NCBI GenBank assembly: GCA_041650855.1
Contig: JBAZKJ010000002.1
Coordinates: 284,280 to 348,279, forward strand
Length of the DNA: 64,000 nt
DNA from: Candidatus Margulisiibacteriota bacterium
GTDB taxonomy: Bacteria > Margulisbacteria > WOR-1 > O2-12-FULL-45-9 > XYB2-FULL-48-7
Direction: 5' to 3'
A program made the translations under genes and the position numbers. Below the pieces are notes generated by a model that made no database searches, was not told the DNA's origin, and worked only from the letters and a program-made list of their open reading frames with translations. Of this stretch, positions 37,775-48,104 are shown in pieces; positions within the stretch are counted from its first letter, which is position 1; every line of letters starts with the position of its first letter.

Positions 37775-39981
37775 TTAAACGATTATTTAAACTATTGGCG
37801 TTGCTGCTGGTCTTGTCCGCTCTTTTATCGGCCGGCGCCTGGTACGGTTTTAATTCTTACCTGCTTCCCCGGGTGATCGTTCCGGCAGTCTTCAAGGAAC
37901 TGTCCAGAACCAACCAAGACCTGCCGATCGAGATCTACATTCGCGGGCTCGACTACCATCCTTTCCGGGGATTCCTCTTCAAAAAGATCGAGCTTTATGT
38001 CGAGCAGCCAAAAGGGAAAGACCTGGTTTTTCAGGCGGCGGAGGTTGATACCGACCTGGACTGGCTGGCGCTGGTCTGGAAAAAGGTGAGGATAACCCGC
38101 TTCAAGGTTAGTGGAGCGACGCTCAATATCAAGCGGGACAAGGCCGGCGCCTGGAATTTTGCTCCGCTCCTCAAGATCGACCGCCAAAGTACGGCGACGC
38201 AGGAGTGGAGCGTAGCGCTGGAGCGGATCGAATTCAACGACGCCGCGGTCAATTACGCCGACCGGGCGAACAAAAAGAATGAGTTAACGCGTTCGTTCCC
38301 GAAAGTCGACCTGGCGATCGGCTGGGAAGGGAAAGGGCAGTTTGCGGTCGACCTCCGGGGAGAAGCGGCCGACCCCCGGCAGGAGTCATTTTCCGCCCGG
38401 TTCAAGGCCGATGCCGCCCGAAAAAGCGTGAGCGGCGAAGCGGCGGTCAAGACCGTCCGCCTCAACGATTACTGGCAATATTATCTGGATGATCTCTGCC
38501 GGCCGTGGCATCTCAAAGCCCAGAGTGTCGCCGCCACCGTTAAATTCTCCGTTGCCAGCCGGGAAGCGACTTACGCCGGACAGATCAACGTCAAACAAGG
38601 AGCATTGCGCAACGGCGAGTACAGCGGTTCCGGCAATCTGACGTTCGGCTACAAAGCGCGGCTGGAAAAAGGGCGGCTGGTCAATAAAGGGACGGTCTTT
38701 AAACTAACGGCAGATAACCTGGCGATCTTTTCCGGCCGCAACAAACTGATCACCAGGGCGCGGCTCAAGACGCTGATCGACGGGGACCGGTTCGCCATCG
38801 AAAGATTCAGCGGCGAATCGTTCAAGGGGAAATTCGACCTGCATAGCGAAATGACCCAGAAGGGGGACGACCTCGAGCAGCTTCGGTTGGAGGGGACGGT
38901 GCAAGACGCCTATGCCGGGATCAAGATGAAGTTCTATCCGAACTGGCAGGCAACGGCCGGCGTGTTGCTGACCGCCGAGTCGTCCCGGGTGCTGGCCAAT
39001 ATCACTTTTACCGACCTGCGGCAGCTCCGGTTCATTGCCGCGGTCACCGGCGAGGTCAGTTTGCCTGATCTTGCCGACCTCATCGATCTGAAGTTTGTGC
39101 TGGTGCTCCCCGGCCTCTCCCAGGAGGTAACGCAGAAAGACCTGAAGGGGAAGGTTGTCCTGGCCGGTTATCTGAAGGGGCGGTATGGTGAAGGGAAAAG
39201 CCTGGATGGCTGGCTGGACGTGGCGTTCCGCAACTTCAGGATCAAGAAAGCGGAAGAACGTTCTTTTATCCTCAACCTCAAAGCTAATAACGGTCGTTTT
39301 CAGGCGGTCATTCCCGTCATGCCGCTTTACCACGGCTATTTTGGCGGCGGCTTTGTCTTTGATCCCGACCGCTGGGGCGTCGAGCTCCATTTTGAGGATC
39401 TCGACCTGGCGGCGCTCGGTTCGACCGACAAACGGTTCCAGGGGATGGCCGGCAAACTAGCGGCCAACGGGGCTTGTCTGGCCCCGTGGAGCGATCTGTC
39501 CTCGATCAAAGGGGGCGGTTATTTTAAGATGACCGACGCTAATCTCCAGCCGGCGCCGATCTTCAAGATCATCGAAGAGGGGATCGCCAGCGTTAACAAG
39601 GGCTTTACCTTGCCGGACTTCAAGAGTATCGAGGGGAATTTTCAGGTCGCGGACGAGAAACTGACGATCGATAACGCTTATGCCAAAGCGTCTAATATGG
39701 ACCTGAAGATCGAAGGCGATTACGCTTTTTCCGGCGAAACGGACTTTACGCTCGGGGTCAAATTCTCGCGCGGCAGCAACTGGAAGCTCGCCCGGCAGGT
39801 CCTTTTTCCGGTGACGATCGGGTTCGACGTACTGGCCAATTCGATCCAGGTCGACATCAAGGGCAAATGGCCCGATCTCCAGCAGAAGACGCTGATCAAG
39901 ACGCTGCAGTGGATGGACGCGCTCTTTGACCCGAACATGAAGTTCGAGCCGGATAAATACACGCTTAAGCAGATCTGGTGA
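37771..39981 (+). CDS. AsmA-family / DUF748-like outer-membrane biogenesis protein
   Basis: N-terminal TM anchor then a long beta-rich periplasmic region typical of the AsmA/TamB-like family. 736 aa. Confidence 0.45.
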   Translation: MIKRLFKLLALLLVLSALLSAGAWYGFNSYLLPRVIVPAVFKELSRTNQDLPIEIYIRGLDYHPFRGFLFKKIELYVEQPKGKDLVFQAAEVDTDLDWLALVWKKVRITRFKVSGATLNIKRDKAGAWNFAPLLKIDRQSTATQEWSVALERIEFNDAAVNYADRANKKNELTRSFPKVDLAIGWEGKGQFAVDLRGEAADPRQESFSARFKADAARKSVSGEAAVKTVRLNDYWQYYLDDLCRPWHLKAQSVAATVKFSVASREATYAGQINVKQGALRNGEYSGSGNLTFGYKARLEKGRLVNKGTVFKLTADNLAIFSGRNKLITRARLKTLIDGDRFAIERFSGESFKGKFDLHSEMTQKGDDLEQLRLEGTVQDAYAGIKMKFYPNWQATAGVLLTAESSRVLANITFTDLRQLRFIAAVTGEVSLPDLADLIDLKFVLVLPGLSQEVTQKDLKGKVVLAGYLKGRYGEGKSLDGWLDVAFRNFRIKKAEERSFILNLKANNGRFQAVIPVMPLYHGYFGGGFVFDPDRWGVELHFEDLDLAALGSTDKRFQGMAGKLAANGACLAPWSDLSSIKGGGYFKMTDANLQPAPIFKIIEEGIASVNKGFTLPDFKSIEGNFQVADEKLTIDNAYAKASNMDLKIEGDYAFSGETDFTLGVKFSRGSNWKLARQVLFPVTIGFDVLANSIQVDIKGKWPDLQQKTLIKTLQWMDALFDPNMKFEPDKYTLKQIW

Positions 39982-40009
39982 TATAATAACCGGCAGACCC
40001 GCAAAAGGA

Positions 40010-41974
40010 GTGACGATCGTGAAGAAAACGACCTGGGCCATTATTCTGCTCCTCTCTCTGGCCGTGACCGCTTTTGCCGCTGAACCGAAAGACGCCTCGG
40101 ACCAGACCAAAGCGCTCAATGCCGCGCTGCGGCAACAACTTCCTTTTAATAATAATGAAGATTTTGCCGATGCCGCGCGTGGTTTGATCACCGCGGAAAC
40201 CGGCCTGATCGTTCGCGACGATCAGGGGAAGGCGGTCTGGGACCTGCAGCAGTATGCTTTCCTGGACGGCGACCCGGCTTGTCCGGACACCGTCAACCCG
40301 AGCCTTTGGCGCCATGCCCGGACCGACTATATTCACGGCCTCTTCAAGGTCACGGATCACGTTTATCAGGTGCGCGGTTACGATCTGTCCTGCATCAGTT
40401 TTATCGAGGGCAAGACCGGTTATATAGTAGTTGACCCGCTAGTCTGCGCCGAAACTGCGAAAGCGGCCCTGGCGCTGGTCCATAAGCACGTCGGCCAGAA
40501 ACCGGTCGTGGCCGTGATCTACACCCACAGCCATGTTGACCACTGGGCCGGCGTCAAGGGGGTCGTGTCCGAAGCGGACGTTAAAGCGGGAAAGGTCAAG
40601 ATCATCGCTTCGCAAGGTTTTCTGGAGGAAGCGGTCAGCGAGAATGTCATGGCCGGGAACGCGATGTCGCGCCGGGCAGCATACATGTACGGCAACTTGA
40701 TCCCGAAAGGGCCCAGGGGGCAGCTGAACGCCGGCCTTGGCCCGACGGTCTCGCAAGGCACGATCACCATCATCGCGCCGACCGACGTCATCAAGAAGAC
40801 CGGGGAGACGCGGACGATCGACGGGGTCAAGATCGTCTTCCAGTATACGCCGAACACGGAAGCGCCGACCGAGATGAACTTCTATTTCCCGCAGTACAAG
40901 GCGCTCTGCATCGCGGAGAACTGCGTCCACACCCTGCATAATCTTTACACGCTGCGCGGCGCCAAGGTGCGCGACGCCAAGTCGTGGGCTTATTTCCTGA
41001 ACGAAGCGATCGACCTGTTCGGCGGCCAGGCCGACGTCATGTTCGCCAGCCACCACTGGCCGAGCTGGGGGAGCGAAAAGATCACCGGCATGCTGGCCAA
41101 ACAGCGCGACGCTTATAAATATATCCACGACCAGACGCTCCGCCTGGCCAATGAAGGATTGAACATGGTCGAGATCGCCGAGCAGATCAAATTGCCGGAG
41201 ACGCTGGCGCAGGCGTGGTATAACCGCGGTTACTACGGGACGGTCAACCACGACAGCAAAGCGGTCTACCAGCGGTACCTCGGCTGGTTCGACGGCAACC
41301 CGGCGACGCTTGACCCGCTGACACCGGTTGCCGCCGGCAAGAAATACGTCGAGTTCATGGGCGGCGCCGAGGCGGTCATCAGTAAGGCGAAAAAGGAGTT
41401 TGTGAAAGGGGAATACCGCTGGGTTGCCCAGGTCCTGAACCACGTGGTCTTTGCCGATCCGGGGAACAAGGCGGCGCGCGAGCTGGAAGCGGACGCGCTG
41501 GAACAGCTCGGCTACCAGGCCGAGTCCGGCGTTTGGCGCAACTTTTATCTGACCGGGGCGCGCGAGCTGCGCGCCGGGATAGTCAGGATCCCGGCCAAGA
41601 CGAATAGCCCCGACGTCATCGGCGCGATGTCGCTCGACATGATCTTTGACTTCATGGCGATCCGCCTGAACGGCCCGCAGGCGAACGGGAAGACGATCAG
41701 GATCAACTGGGTCCTGACCGACACCGGCGAAAAATATCTGCTGACGGTGGCCGATTCGGTCTTAAACTACTTCCCCGGGAAGCAGTCCGCTAAGGCGGAC
41801 GTCACGGTCACGCTCAAACGCTCGACGCTGAACGAAGTGCTGTCGGGGGTGGCGTCGTTCAAGAACAAGATCGTTGCCGGCCAGATCAAGATCAAAGGGA
41901 ACATCTTTAAGCTTATCGAGCTGATGGAGCTGCAGGACAAGTTCGACCCGAACTTTAGGATAGTCGACCGGTAA
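40010..41974 (+). CDS. Alkyl/aryl-sulfatase-like metallo-beta-lactamase-fold hydrolase (SdsA1/BDS1 family)
   Basis: Signal peptide, THSHVDHWAG MBL metal motif, and C-terminal SCP2-like dimerisation region. 654 aa. Confidence 0.7.
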   Translation: MTIVKKTTWAIILLLSLAVTAFAAEPKDASDQTKALNAALRQQLPFNNNEDFADAARGLITAETGLIVRDDQGKAVWDLQQYAFLDGDPACPDTVNPSLWRHARTDYIHGLFKVTDHVYQVRGYDLSCISFIEGKTGYIVVDPLVCAETAKAALALVHKHVGQKPVVAVIYTHSHVDHWAGVKGVVSEADVKAGKVKIIASQGFLEEAVSENVMAGNAMSRRAAYMYGNLIPKGPRGQLNAGLGPTVSQGTITIIAPTDVIKKTGETRTIDGVKIVFQYTPNTEAPTEMNFYFPQYKALCIAENCVHTLHNLYTLRGAKVRDAKSWAYFLNEAIDLFGGQADVMFASHHWPSWGSEKITGMLAKQRDAYKYIHDQTLRLANEGLNMVEIAEQIKLPETLAQAWYNRGYYGTVNHDSKAVYQRYLGWFDGNPATLDPLTPVAAGKKYVEFMGGAEAVISKAKKEFVKGEYRWVAQVLNHVVFADPGNKAARELEADALEQLGYQAESGVWRNFYLTGARELRAGIVRIPAKTNSPDVIGAMSLDMIFDFMAIRLNGPQANGKTIRINWVLTDTGEKYLLTVADSVLNYFPGKQSAKADVTVTLKRSTLNEVLSGVASFKNKIVAGQIKIKGNIFKLIELMELQDKFDPNFRIVDR

Positions 41975-44901
41975 TGGCGAGATATTTCTGGACGGCGCTG
42001 TTCTTGCTCTGTTGCCTGGCGCCGCTCCAGGCCGCGACTTACGAAAGCCAGGCGCTGCTCAACGGGACCAACCTGGCGGATTTCATCGGCGACCATCTCG
42101 GTTTTCTCTACGATAGCCACGGTTGTTTGCATTTTACCCCTTCCGATATCTACCTTTTGGTCAGAACGGTCCCCAAAGGGGCGAAGCTGACGATCAAAAG
42201 TTACAATCAGAGAACGCTGCCGGACGGCTACGCGGCGGCGCCGGTCTTCAGAAAACTGGTCACGACCCGGGGCGACGTCAATAAATATGCCGATATGTTC
42301 AAGAAAGGGAACGCCCGGCTGGTCGTTTATCCCGGGCTCGGCCAACTATTTGTCCTGGTCGGCGACCAGCCGCTGGTCAAGATGAAGACGTCGCCCGGTC
42401 CAGCCCAAGACTACCGGCTGGTTTTCTCTGCCGACCCGGACGGGCGGATCGGTTGGGATAGCTCGCTTTCCACGCCGACCGACCCCGGCGACTATAAGAT
42501 CCTCGGGACGACCGCTCATTACCTCAGTAACGCTTATCGCGATATCACGATCGTGCCGTTCGGCGGCTGGCTGGTCAAGCAGAAAGGGAACTGGGTTTTC
42601 CAGAACGACGACCGCAAGTGGTACCAGGCGCCCGGTTTCATTGCTAACGATCTGAACCAGCCGTATGGCCAGCAGACGGAGAACTATCTCGATATTAATC
42701 TGGATAAACAGGGGAAGATAACCGGCGCCCGCTGGGCGGGGAACGATTTCGGCAAGTACGCGCTCCTCTGGACGGTGGACGGCCGGAACCGCTATCCGGA
42801 GCTGGGTTACTGCGAAGGGCAGCTCCTTTATGAACAATCGGTCTTGATCAAGGACCTCGCCCAGCTTTTAACCGTGCCGGGCCCCGATTCGTTGGAGGCG
42901 TGCATTGCCGGGAATGAGAACTTCAAGCTCTACCGCGCCGTTCATGATTTTCTGGTATCCAGCGGCGAGGTCGCGGCGGCGAGCCTTGATCCGGTTTCCT
43001 GCAGTTATGTGAAGCTCTTTAATGGTTTTCCCTTGAACGCGGCCGATAAAGTGAATATCGACGACCGGGTGGAAAAAGCGTTCCGTGATCAACGGGCGGG
43101 GAAATATCCGCTGCTGCCCGATCAAAAGCAGCGCCAGCTCGGCTTGTATAACTTTGTCCGCGATTACGATAATGTTTTTGACAAGAACGCCGGCTGGTAC
43201 GTCATGGTCCGCGACCACTGGGACGTCTTGAGCGATTTACGGGCCAAGCTGCGCCGCGATTATAACGCCTTTGGCCTGTACTCTCCGGATAACCGGGTCA
43301 TCGCCTTGGAGCGGTTCTTGAACGACCGGCTGGAGTTCCGCCAGGTCGTTATCCCCAAGCGGGGCAAGCCGCGGTTGACCTTTGCCGATTTTGCCAGCAC
43401 GGCGGAAGAACAGTCGATCTTCAACGCCCGGGAGAAAGAGGCGCTCCGCGGCCTGATCCGCGCCGCCGCCTCGGGGGAAACGGCGGTGCCGGAGATCTCT
43501 TCAGTTCAGGCGCTCAACGACTACAACTTCGGCGTCCTGCTTAACGCGATGCTGGGCAACTTATATAAAAGCCACGGCTGCATGCACGTCTCGCCGCTTA
43601 ACGTTTATATATTGAACAAAGTCCTGCCGGTCGGCGCCCGGATCACGATCAAGCCGTACGCGGAGAAAGCGCCGGCCGGGTACGATAAGCTCCCGTTCCT
43701 AGCGGAGATGGTGAACTTCAACGACGATCTTACCGGCCTGGCGGCGCAGTTAGCCGATCCGGGCTCCGTCAGGGCGATAGTCTATCCGGGATCCAACTTA
43801 TGGATAATTTCTTTAAAAGATAAACCTTTTGCCCGGATGATGATCGAAGCCGGTTTCCAGCAGAAGGTCAATATCATGCAGGGGCGGGACAAGAACGGTT
43901 ATCCGCTGTTCGCCAAGGACATCGCTTACCCGACGCCCCCCGGCAGTTATTCCGTCTTGCGGAAGGTCGATAATTACGTTTCCAACCTTTATTACGACAC
44001 GACCGTCGTGCCGCAGGGGGCGCAGCTGAAGAAGACCGGCGGCAACTGGTCGTACCGGAAAACGGACGGCAGCTGGGGAAACGTGCCGGACGCGATCAAC
44101 GACGACTTGAACGGGTCGCGCCGGGAACGGACCTACGAATATTACGACCTGGGACGGGACGACAACGACAAGCTGGTCCGCGCGAAGTGGGGGAGCAACA
44201 CTTTCGGCCGCTTCCCGATCCTGCTGACCAAAGACGGCCGGACGCCGGCTCCCGAGCTGGTCCACACGACCGGCGACCTGATGATGGAACAGCGGCGGCT
44301 GGTCGGCGACCTGATCAGGGTGATGGCCTCGACTTTTGAGAGCTTTAACGCCGCGACCGCGGCCAGCCGGAACTTCGATCTCTACACGATCTGCTACCAG
44401 TTCACGCAGGACCCGCAGCGCGCCGACCTGCTTGAGCCGATCGAAAGCGGCAGCTACAAAGCTTATCTGGACCTGCCGCTCAATGCCGACGAGCAAGCGG
44501 CGCTGCCGCCCGATGTCATTGCCTGTTTTAAGCTATACAAGGGGAAAGAACCCCTGACCCAGGCGGAAGCGGACCTGCTCGTCAGGGAAGGATTGGCCCG
44601 CTGGCAGGGGGGAACTTTGAAGGTCGATGACGCCAAGGCCTACGGGGTCCTGTACGACCTCTATCAATACGTCGTTTCGATCAGGAAGAATGCCAATATA
44701 TACTCGACCCTGCAGGACAACTGGAACGCGCTGGCCGATATCCGCCAGGCGATGCTCCGGGACCTGGGCCGGCTCCGGATCAAGGACCCGGCCGTTTTTG
44801 CCGAACTGATGCGGGAGCTGATCACCGAACGGGCGCAAATGGAGCGGTTGACCCAAAAGGACGCATACCGGATACTCGACGAACAACTCGAAGACAATTG
44901 A
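41974..44901 (+). CDS. Large secreted protein with tandem L,D-transpeptidase-like modules (paralog 2)
   Basis: Signal peptide; both modules retain SHGC (YDSHGCLHFTP and YKSHGCMHVSP). Same internal-duplication architecture as 21873-24617. Confidence 0.6.
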   Translation: MARYFWTALFLLCCLAPLQAATYESQALLNGTNLADFIGDHLGFLYDSHGCLHFTPSDIYLLVRTVPKGAKLTIKSYNQRTLPDGYAAAPVFRKLVTTRGDVNKYADMFKKGNARLVVYPGLGQLFVLVGDQPLVKMKTSPGPAQDYRLVFSADPDGRIGWDSSLSTPTDPGDYKILGTTAHYLSNAYRDITIVPFGGWLVKQKGNWVFQNDDRKWYQAPGFIANDLNQPYGQQTENYLDINLDKQGKITGARWAGNDFGKYALLWTVDGRNRYPELGYCEGQLLYEQSVLIKDLAQLLTVPGPDSLEACIAGNENFKLYRAVHDFLVSSGEVAAASLDPVSCSYVKLFNGFPLNAADKVNIDDRVEKAFRDQRAGKYPLLPDQKQRQLGLYNFVRDYDNVFDKNAGWYVMVRDHWDVLSDLRAKLRRDYNAFGLYSPDNRVIALERFLNDRLEFRQVVIPKRGKPRLTFADFASTAEEQSIFNAREKEALRGLIRAAASGETAVPEISSVQALNDYNFGVLLNAMLGNLYKSHGCMHVSPLNVYILNKVLPVGARITIKPYAEKAPAGYDKLPFLAEMVNFNDDLTGLAAQLADPGSVRAIVYPGSNLWIISLKDKPFARMMIEAGFQQKVNIMQGRDKNGYPLFAKDIAYPTPPGSYSVLRKVDNYVSNLYYDTTVVPQGAQLKKTGGNWSYRKTDGSWGNVPDAINDDLNGSRRERTYEYYDLGRDDNDKLVRAKWGSNTFGRFPILLTKDGRTPAPELVHTTGDLMMEQRRLVGDLIRVMASTFESFNAATAASRNFDLYTICYQFTQDPQRADLLEPIESGSYKAYLDLPLNADEQAALPPDVIACFKLYKGKEPLTQAEADLLVREGLARWQGGTLKVDDAKAYGVLYDLYQYVVSIRKNANIYSTLQDNWNALADIRQAMLRDLGRLRIKDPAVFAELMRELITERAQMERLTQKDAYRILDEQLEDN

Positions 44902-44909
44902 GGCGTTAA

Positions 44910-46136
44910 ATGCTCATTAAGTTGGCGTGGCGTAATATTTTCCGCAATTTCCGCCGGACTTTCTTTACCTTTATTGCTATTGCGATCGGCCTGGGACTGA
45001 TGCTGCTGGCCGACTCGATGCTCTCCGGGATCGATGCCCAATCTTTCGCCAAGATCATTGATTATGAGACCGGCCACGTTAAGATCTTCCAGCGCGGTTA
45101 CCAGCAAGATAAAGATAATCTGCCGCTTGATAAATTGATCACCGCGCCGGCCGGGGTGATCGATACTGTCCGCCGCGACCCCGCAGTTGCCGGCGTCACT
45201 TCCCGGGTCAACTTCCGGATCATGCTTTCCGACCGGATCGACCAGATCCCGGCGATCGGCATTGCCGTTAACCCGGCCGATGACGAGTCGGTCTTTCTGT
45301 TGAAGCAGGGGTTAACGCAAGGCGAGTTCCTGGTCAGCTCCGAAGAGGCGATGCTGGTCGGCAAGAAGCTGGCCGATGATTTTGGGGTCGGGGTCGGCGA
45401 CTACCTGACCGTTCTGGCCAGGACCAAATACGATACTTACCAGGCGCTCGACCTCCGGATCAAGGGGGTCCTGCAGACCGAGGATCCCCAGATCGACTGG
45501 TATTCGATCGTCATCCCGCTCGACGTCGGCCAGAGCTCGCTCGACCTGAGCCGGGGTGTCACAGAGATCGACATCAAGTTGAAGGATATCAACGCAGTCG
45601 ACCAGTTCAAGAATAAATTGGCCAAAGAACTTCCCGGCTTAGAGATCGCCACCTGGAAAGAGATGGCCGAAGATGTCCTGGCCATCTCCAAGGCAAAATA
45701 TTCCGGCACCTTCACGATCTTCGGCTGCATTGTTTTGATCGCCCTGATCGGCATCACCAACACGATCCTGATGGCCGCCTTTGAGCGGGTCAAGGAGATC
45801 GGGATGATGGGGGCGATGGGGATGAAACGCGGCCAGATCGTCCGGCTCTTTGTCCTGGAAGGGACAATGATCGGCCTGCTCGGCAGCATCACCGGTTGCA
45901 TCCTTGGCGCTCTGCTGATCGGTTTCTGGATGGTCCCGTACGGGATCGATTTTTCCGCCTTTATGCGGGAGATGGGGCCGATCGGCTACCGGACCACCGG
46001 CAAGTTCACCGGCCAGTGGCATCTGATCATGTTTCCGGTCGCTTTTATCTTTGGTCTGGTCGTGTCAGCCTTGACCAGTATTTATCCGGCCAGAGTGGCT
46101 TCACGAATGGAGCCGAGCGAGGCGTTGAGGAAATAA
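44910..46136 (+). CDS. ABC transporter permease, FtsX/MacB/LolE-like (type A)
   Basis: 4 TM helices, large periplasmic loop, FtsX C-terminal domain. 408 aa. Confidence 0.75.
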   Translation: MLIKLAWRNIFRNFRRTFFTFIAIAIGLGLMLLADSMLSGIDAQSFAKIIDYETGHVKIFQRGYQQDKDNLPLDKLITAPAGVIDTVRRDPAVAGVTSRVNFRIMLSDRIDQIPAIGIAVNPADDESVFLLKQGLTQGEFLVSSEEAMLVGKKLADDFGVGVGDYLTVLARTKYDTYQALDLRIKGVLQTEDPQIDWYSIVIPLDVGQSSLDLSRGVTEIDIKLKDINAVDQFKNKLAKELPGLEIATWKEMAEDVLAISKAKYSGTFTIFGCIVLIALIGITNTILMAAFERVKEIGMMGAMGMKRGQIVRLFVLEGTMIGLLGSITGCILGALLIGFWMVPYGIDFSAFMREMGPIGYRTTGKFTGQWHLIMFPVAFIFGLVVSALTSIYPARVASRMEPSEALRK

Positions 46137-46137
46137 G

Positions 46138-47361
46138 ATGTTCAGATTAGCTTTAAGGAATGTTTTGCGCAATAAAAGGCGGTCGTTCCTGACCGGGCTC
46201 TCGATCGCCTTCGCGGTGATGGTCGTCATCTTTCTCTGGACGTTCGTTTCCGGGATCATCAGCGGGATGTTCCAGAATTACGTGACCAATTCGGTCGGCC
46301 ATATCCGGATCATGAACGCCGATTATCGGAAAAGGGAGACGATGCTGCCGCTTAGCGCCACGGTTTATAATTACCAGAATGTCATCAATCAGATCGAACG
46401 GGACCCGAACGTGAAGCTGGCGACCGGCCGGATCAAGTTCGGCGTCCTGATGGATATCAAGGGGAGGAACAAGCCGGTCCTCGGCGTCGGCCTTGATCCG
46501 GTCAAGGAAGAGTCGGTCATCGGTCTGTCAGGCAAAATGGTGTCCGGTAGGATGTTCGCCGGCGGGACCAGCGAAACGGTCGTCGGCCTCGGCCTGGCCA
46601 AAGAGTTGGGCCTGAAAGCGGGCGACACGCTCACGGTCATCACCCAGACGGCGCACGGCTCGCTCTCCGGCTTGAACCTGAAAGTCGCCGGCATCTTTAG
46701 CCTCGGTGTCCCTTCGATCGATAACCGGACCTTCTATTTGCCGCTTAATCAAGCGCAGCAGCTCCTTGACCTCGATGGCCGGGTGACCGAGATCTTTTTG
46801 CTGATCAGGGATCATGATCGGGCGGTCGAAGTGGCAAAAAAGCTGGACAAGACCTTGCCGTCCGGACTAATTGCCGTGCCGTGGCAGGCGAACGGCTTTT
46901 TGTTCTACATGATGGTGCTGATCAAGTACATGTACGCCGGGATCTACGCCTTCATCCTTCTCCTGGCCAGCTTCACCATTCTCAACACGATGTTCATGGC
47001 GGTCATGGAGCGGACGCGCGAGATCGGGATGATGAAAGCGCTTGGGATGAAAGAAGGGGAGATCGGCCGGCTGATCACTTTGGAAGCGTTGATTCTCGGT
47101 GTAATGGCTAGTCTGGCCGGCGCCGCCGGTGGAACACTGCTCGCTTATTACGTCAGCACTGCCGGGATCGATTATACGGCGGCTTTTAAGAGCATCAGGG
47201 ATATCGAGATCCCGCTCTCTTATGTTTACAAAGGAGAATTCAGCTGGCTGACGATCGGGACCGGTTTTCTGATGGGAGTGTTTTTTTCCGTTCTGGCCTC
47301 GATCTTGCCCGCCCGGCGGGCAGCCAAACTGGAGCCAACCGAAGCGATGAAAGCGGGTTGA
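46138..47361 (+). CDS. ABC transporter permease, FtsX/MacB/LolE-like (type B)
   Basis: 407 aa FtsX-fold permease. Confidence 0.75.
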   Translation: MFRLALRNVLRNKRRSFLTGLSIAFAVMVVIFLWTFVSGIISGMFQNYVTNSVGHIRIMNADYRKRETMLPLSATVYNYQNVINQIERDPNVKLATGRIKFGVLMDIKGRNKPVLGVGLDPVKEESVIGLSGKMVSGRMFAGGTSETVVGLGLAKELGLKAGDTLTVITQTAHGSLSGLNLKVAGIFSLGVPSIDNRTFYLPLNQAQQLLDLDGRVTEIFLLIRDHDRAVEVAKKLDKTLPSGLIAVPWQANGFLFYMMVLIKYMYAGIYAFILLLASFTILNTMFMAVMERTREIGMMKALGMKEGEIGRLITLEALILGVMASLAGAAGGTLLAYYVSTAGIDYTAAFKSIRDIEIPLSYVYKGEFSWLTIGTGFLMGVFFSVLASILPARRAAKLEPTEAMKAG

Positions 47362-47408
47362 CGAGTTTCCGTTCCGGCCTATAATTGTCGGTAACAGGGG
47401 GAGATAAC

Positions 47409-48104
47409 ATGGCAGTCGTTAAAATGGAAAATGCGGTCAAGAACTATAAGGTAGGGAAGCTGGAGGTGCCGGCTTTAAGGGGGATCAACTTGGCGATCGA
47501 AAAGGGGGACTTTGCCGCCATTGCCGGCCCGTCCGGTTCCGGCAAGACGACAATGCTCAACCTGTTCGGCTGTCTCGACAAGCCGACTGGGGGGAAAGTC
47601 TTTATCGAGGAGCACGATATCATCACCCTGAAACCCGACCAGCTGGCCGACGTCCGGAACGAACATATCGGTTTCATCTTCCAGAGCTTTAACCTGATCC
47701 CGGTCCTGACCGCGTTTGAGAACGTCGAATTCCCTTTAATTCTCTTAAAAAAGGACGGGCCGGGCATCCGCAAGAAGAAAGTGATGGAGATGCTGGCTTC
47801 GGTCGGCATCGCCGATCTGGCCAACCGACTGCCCAGCGAAATGAGCGGCGGACAGCAGCAGCGGGTGGCGATCGCCCGGGCGCTGGTCAAGAATCCCGAT
47901 TACGTCCTGGCCGACGAGCCGACGGCGAACATCGATACCAAGACCGGCCACGAGATCCTTGATCTGATGCAGGCGATGAACAAGAACCTCGGCACGACGT
48001 TCATCTTTTCCACCCACGATCCCAAAGTGATGGAGCATGCCCGGCGGCTGATCCGCGTCCGCGACGGACAAATAGAATCGGATGTTGCTCAAGCTGGCGT
48101 ATAG
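47409..48104 (+). CDS. ABC transporter ATP-binding protein (LolD/MacB-NBD-like)
   Basis: Walker A GPSGSGKTT, signature LSGGQQQRVAIARAL, Walker B VLADEPT. GGGGGAG RBS. Start at MAVVKMEN. Confidence 0.88.
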   Translation: MAVVKMENAVKNYKVGKLEVPALRGINLAIEKGDFAAIAGPSGSGKTTMLNLFGCLDKPTGGKVFIEEHDIITLKPDQLADVRNEHIGFIFQSFNLIPVLTAFENVEFPLILLKKDGPGIRKKKVMEMLASVGIADLANRLPSEMSGGQQQRVAIARALVKNPDYVLADEPTANIDTKTGHEILDLMQAMNKNLGTTFIFSTHDPKVMEHARRLIRVRDGQIESDVAQAGV

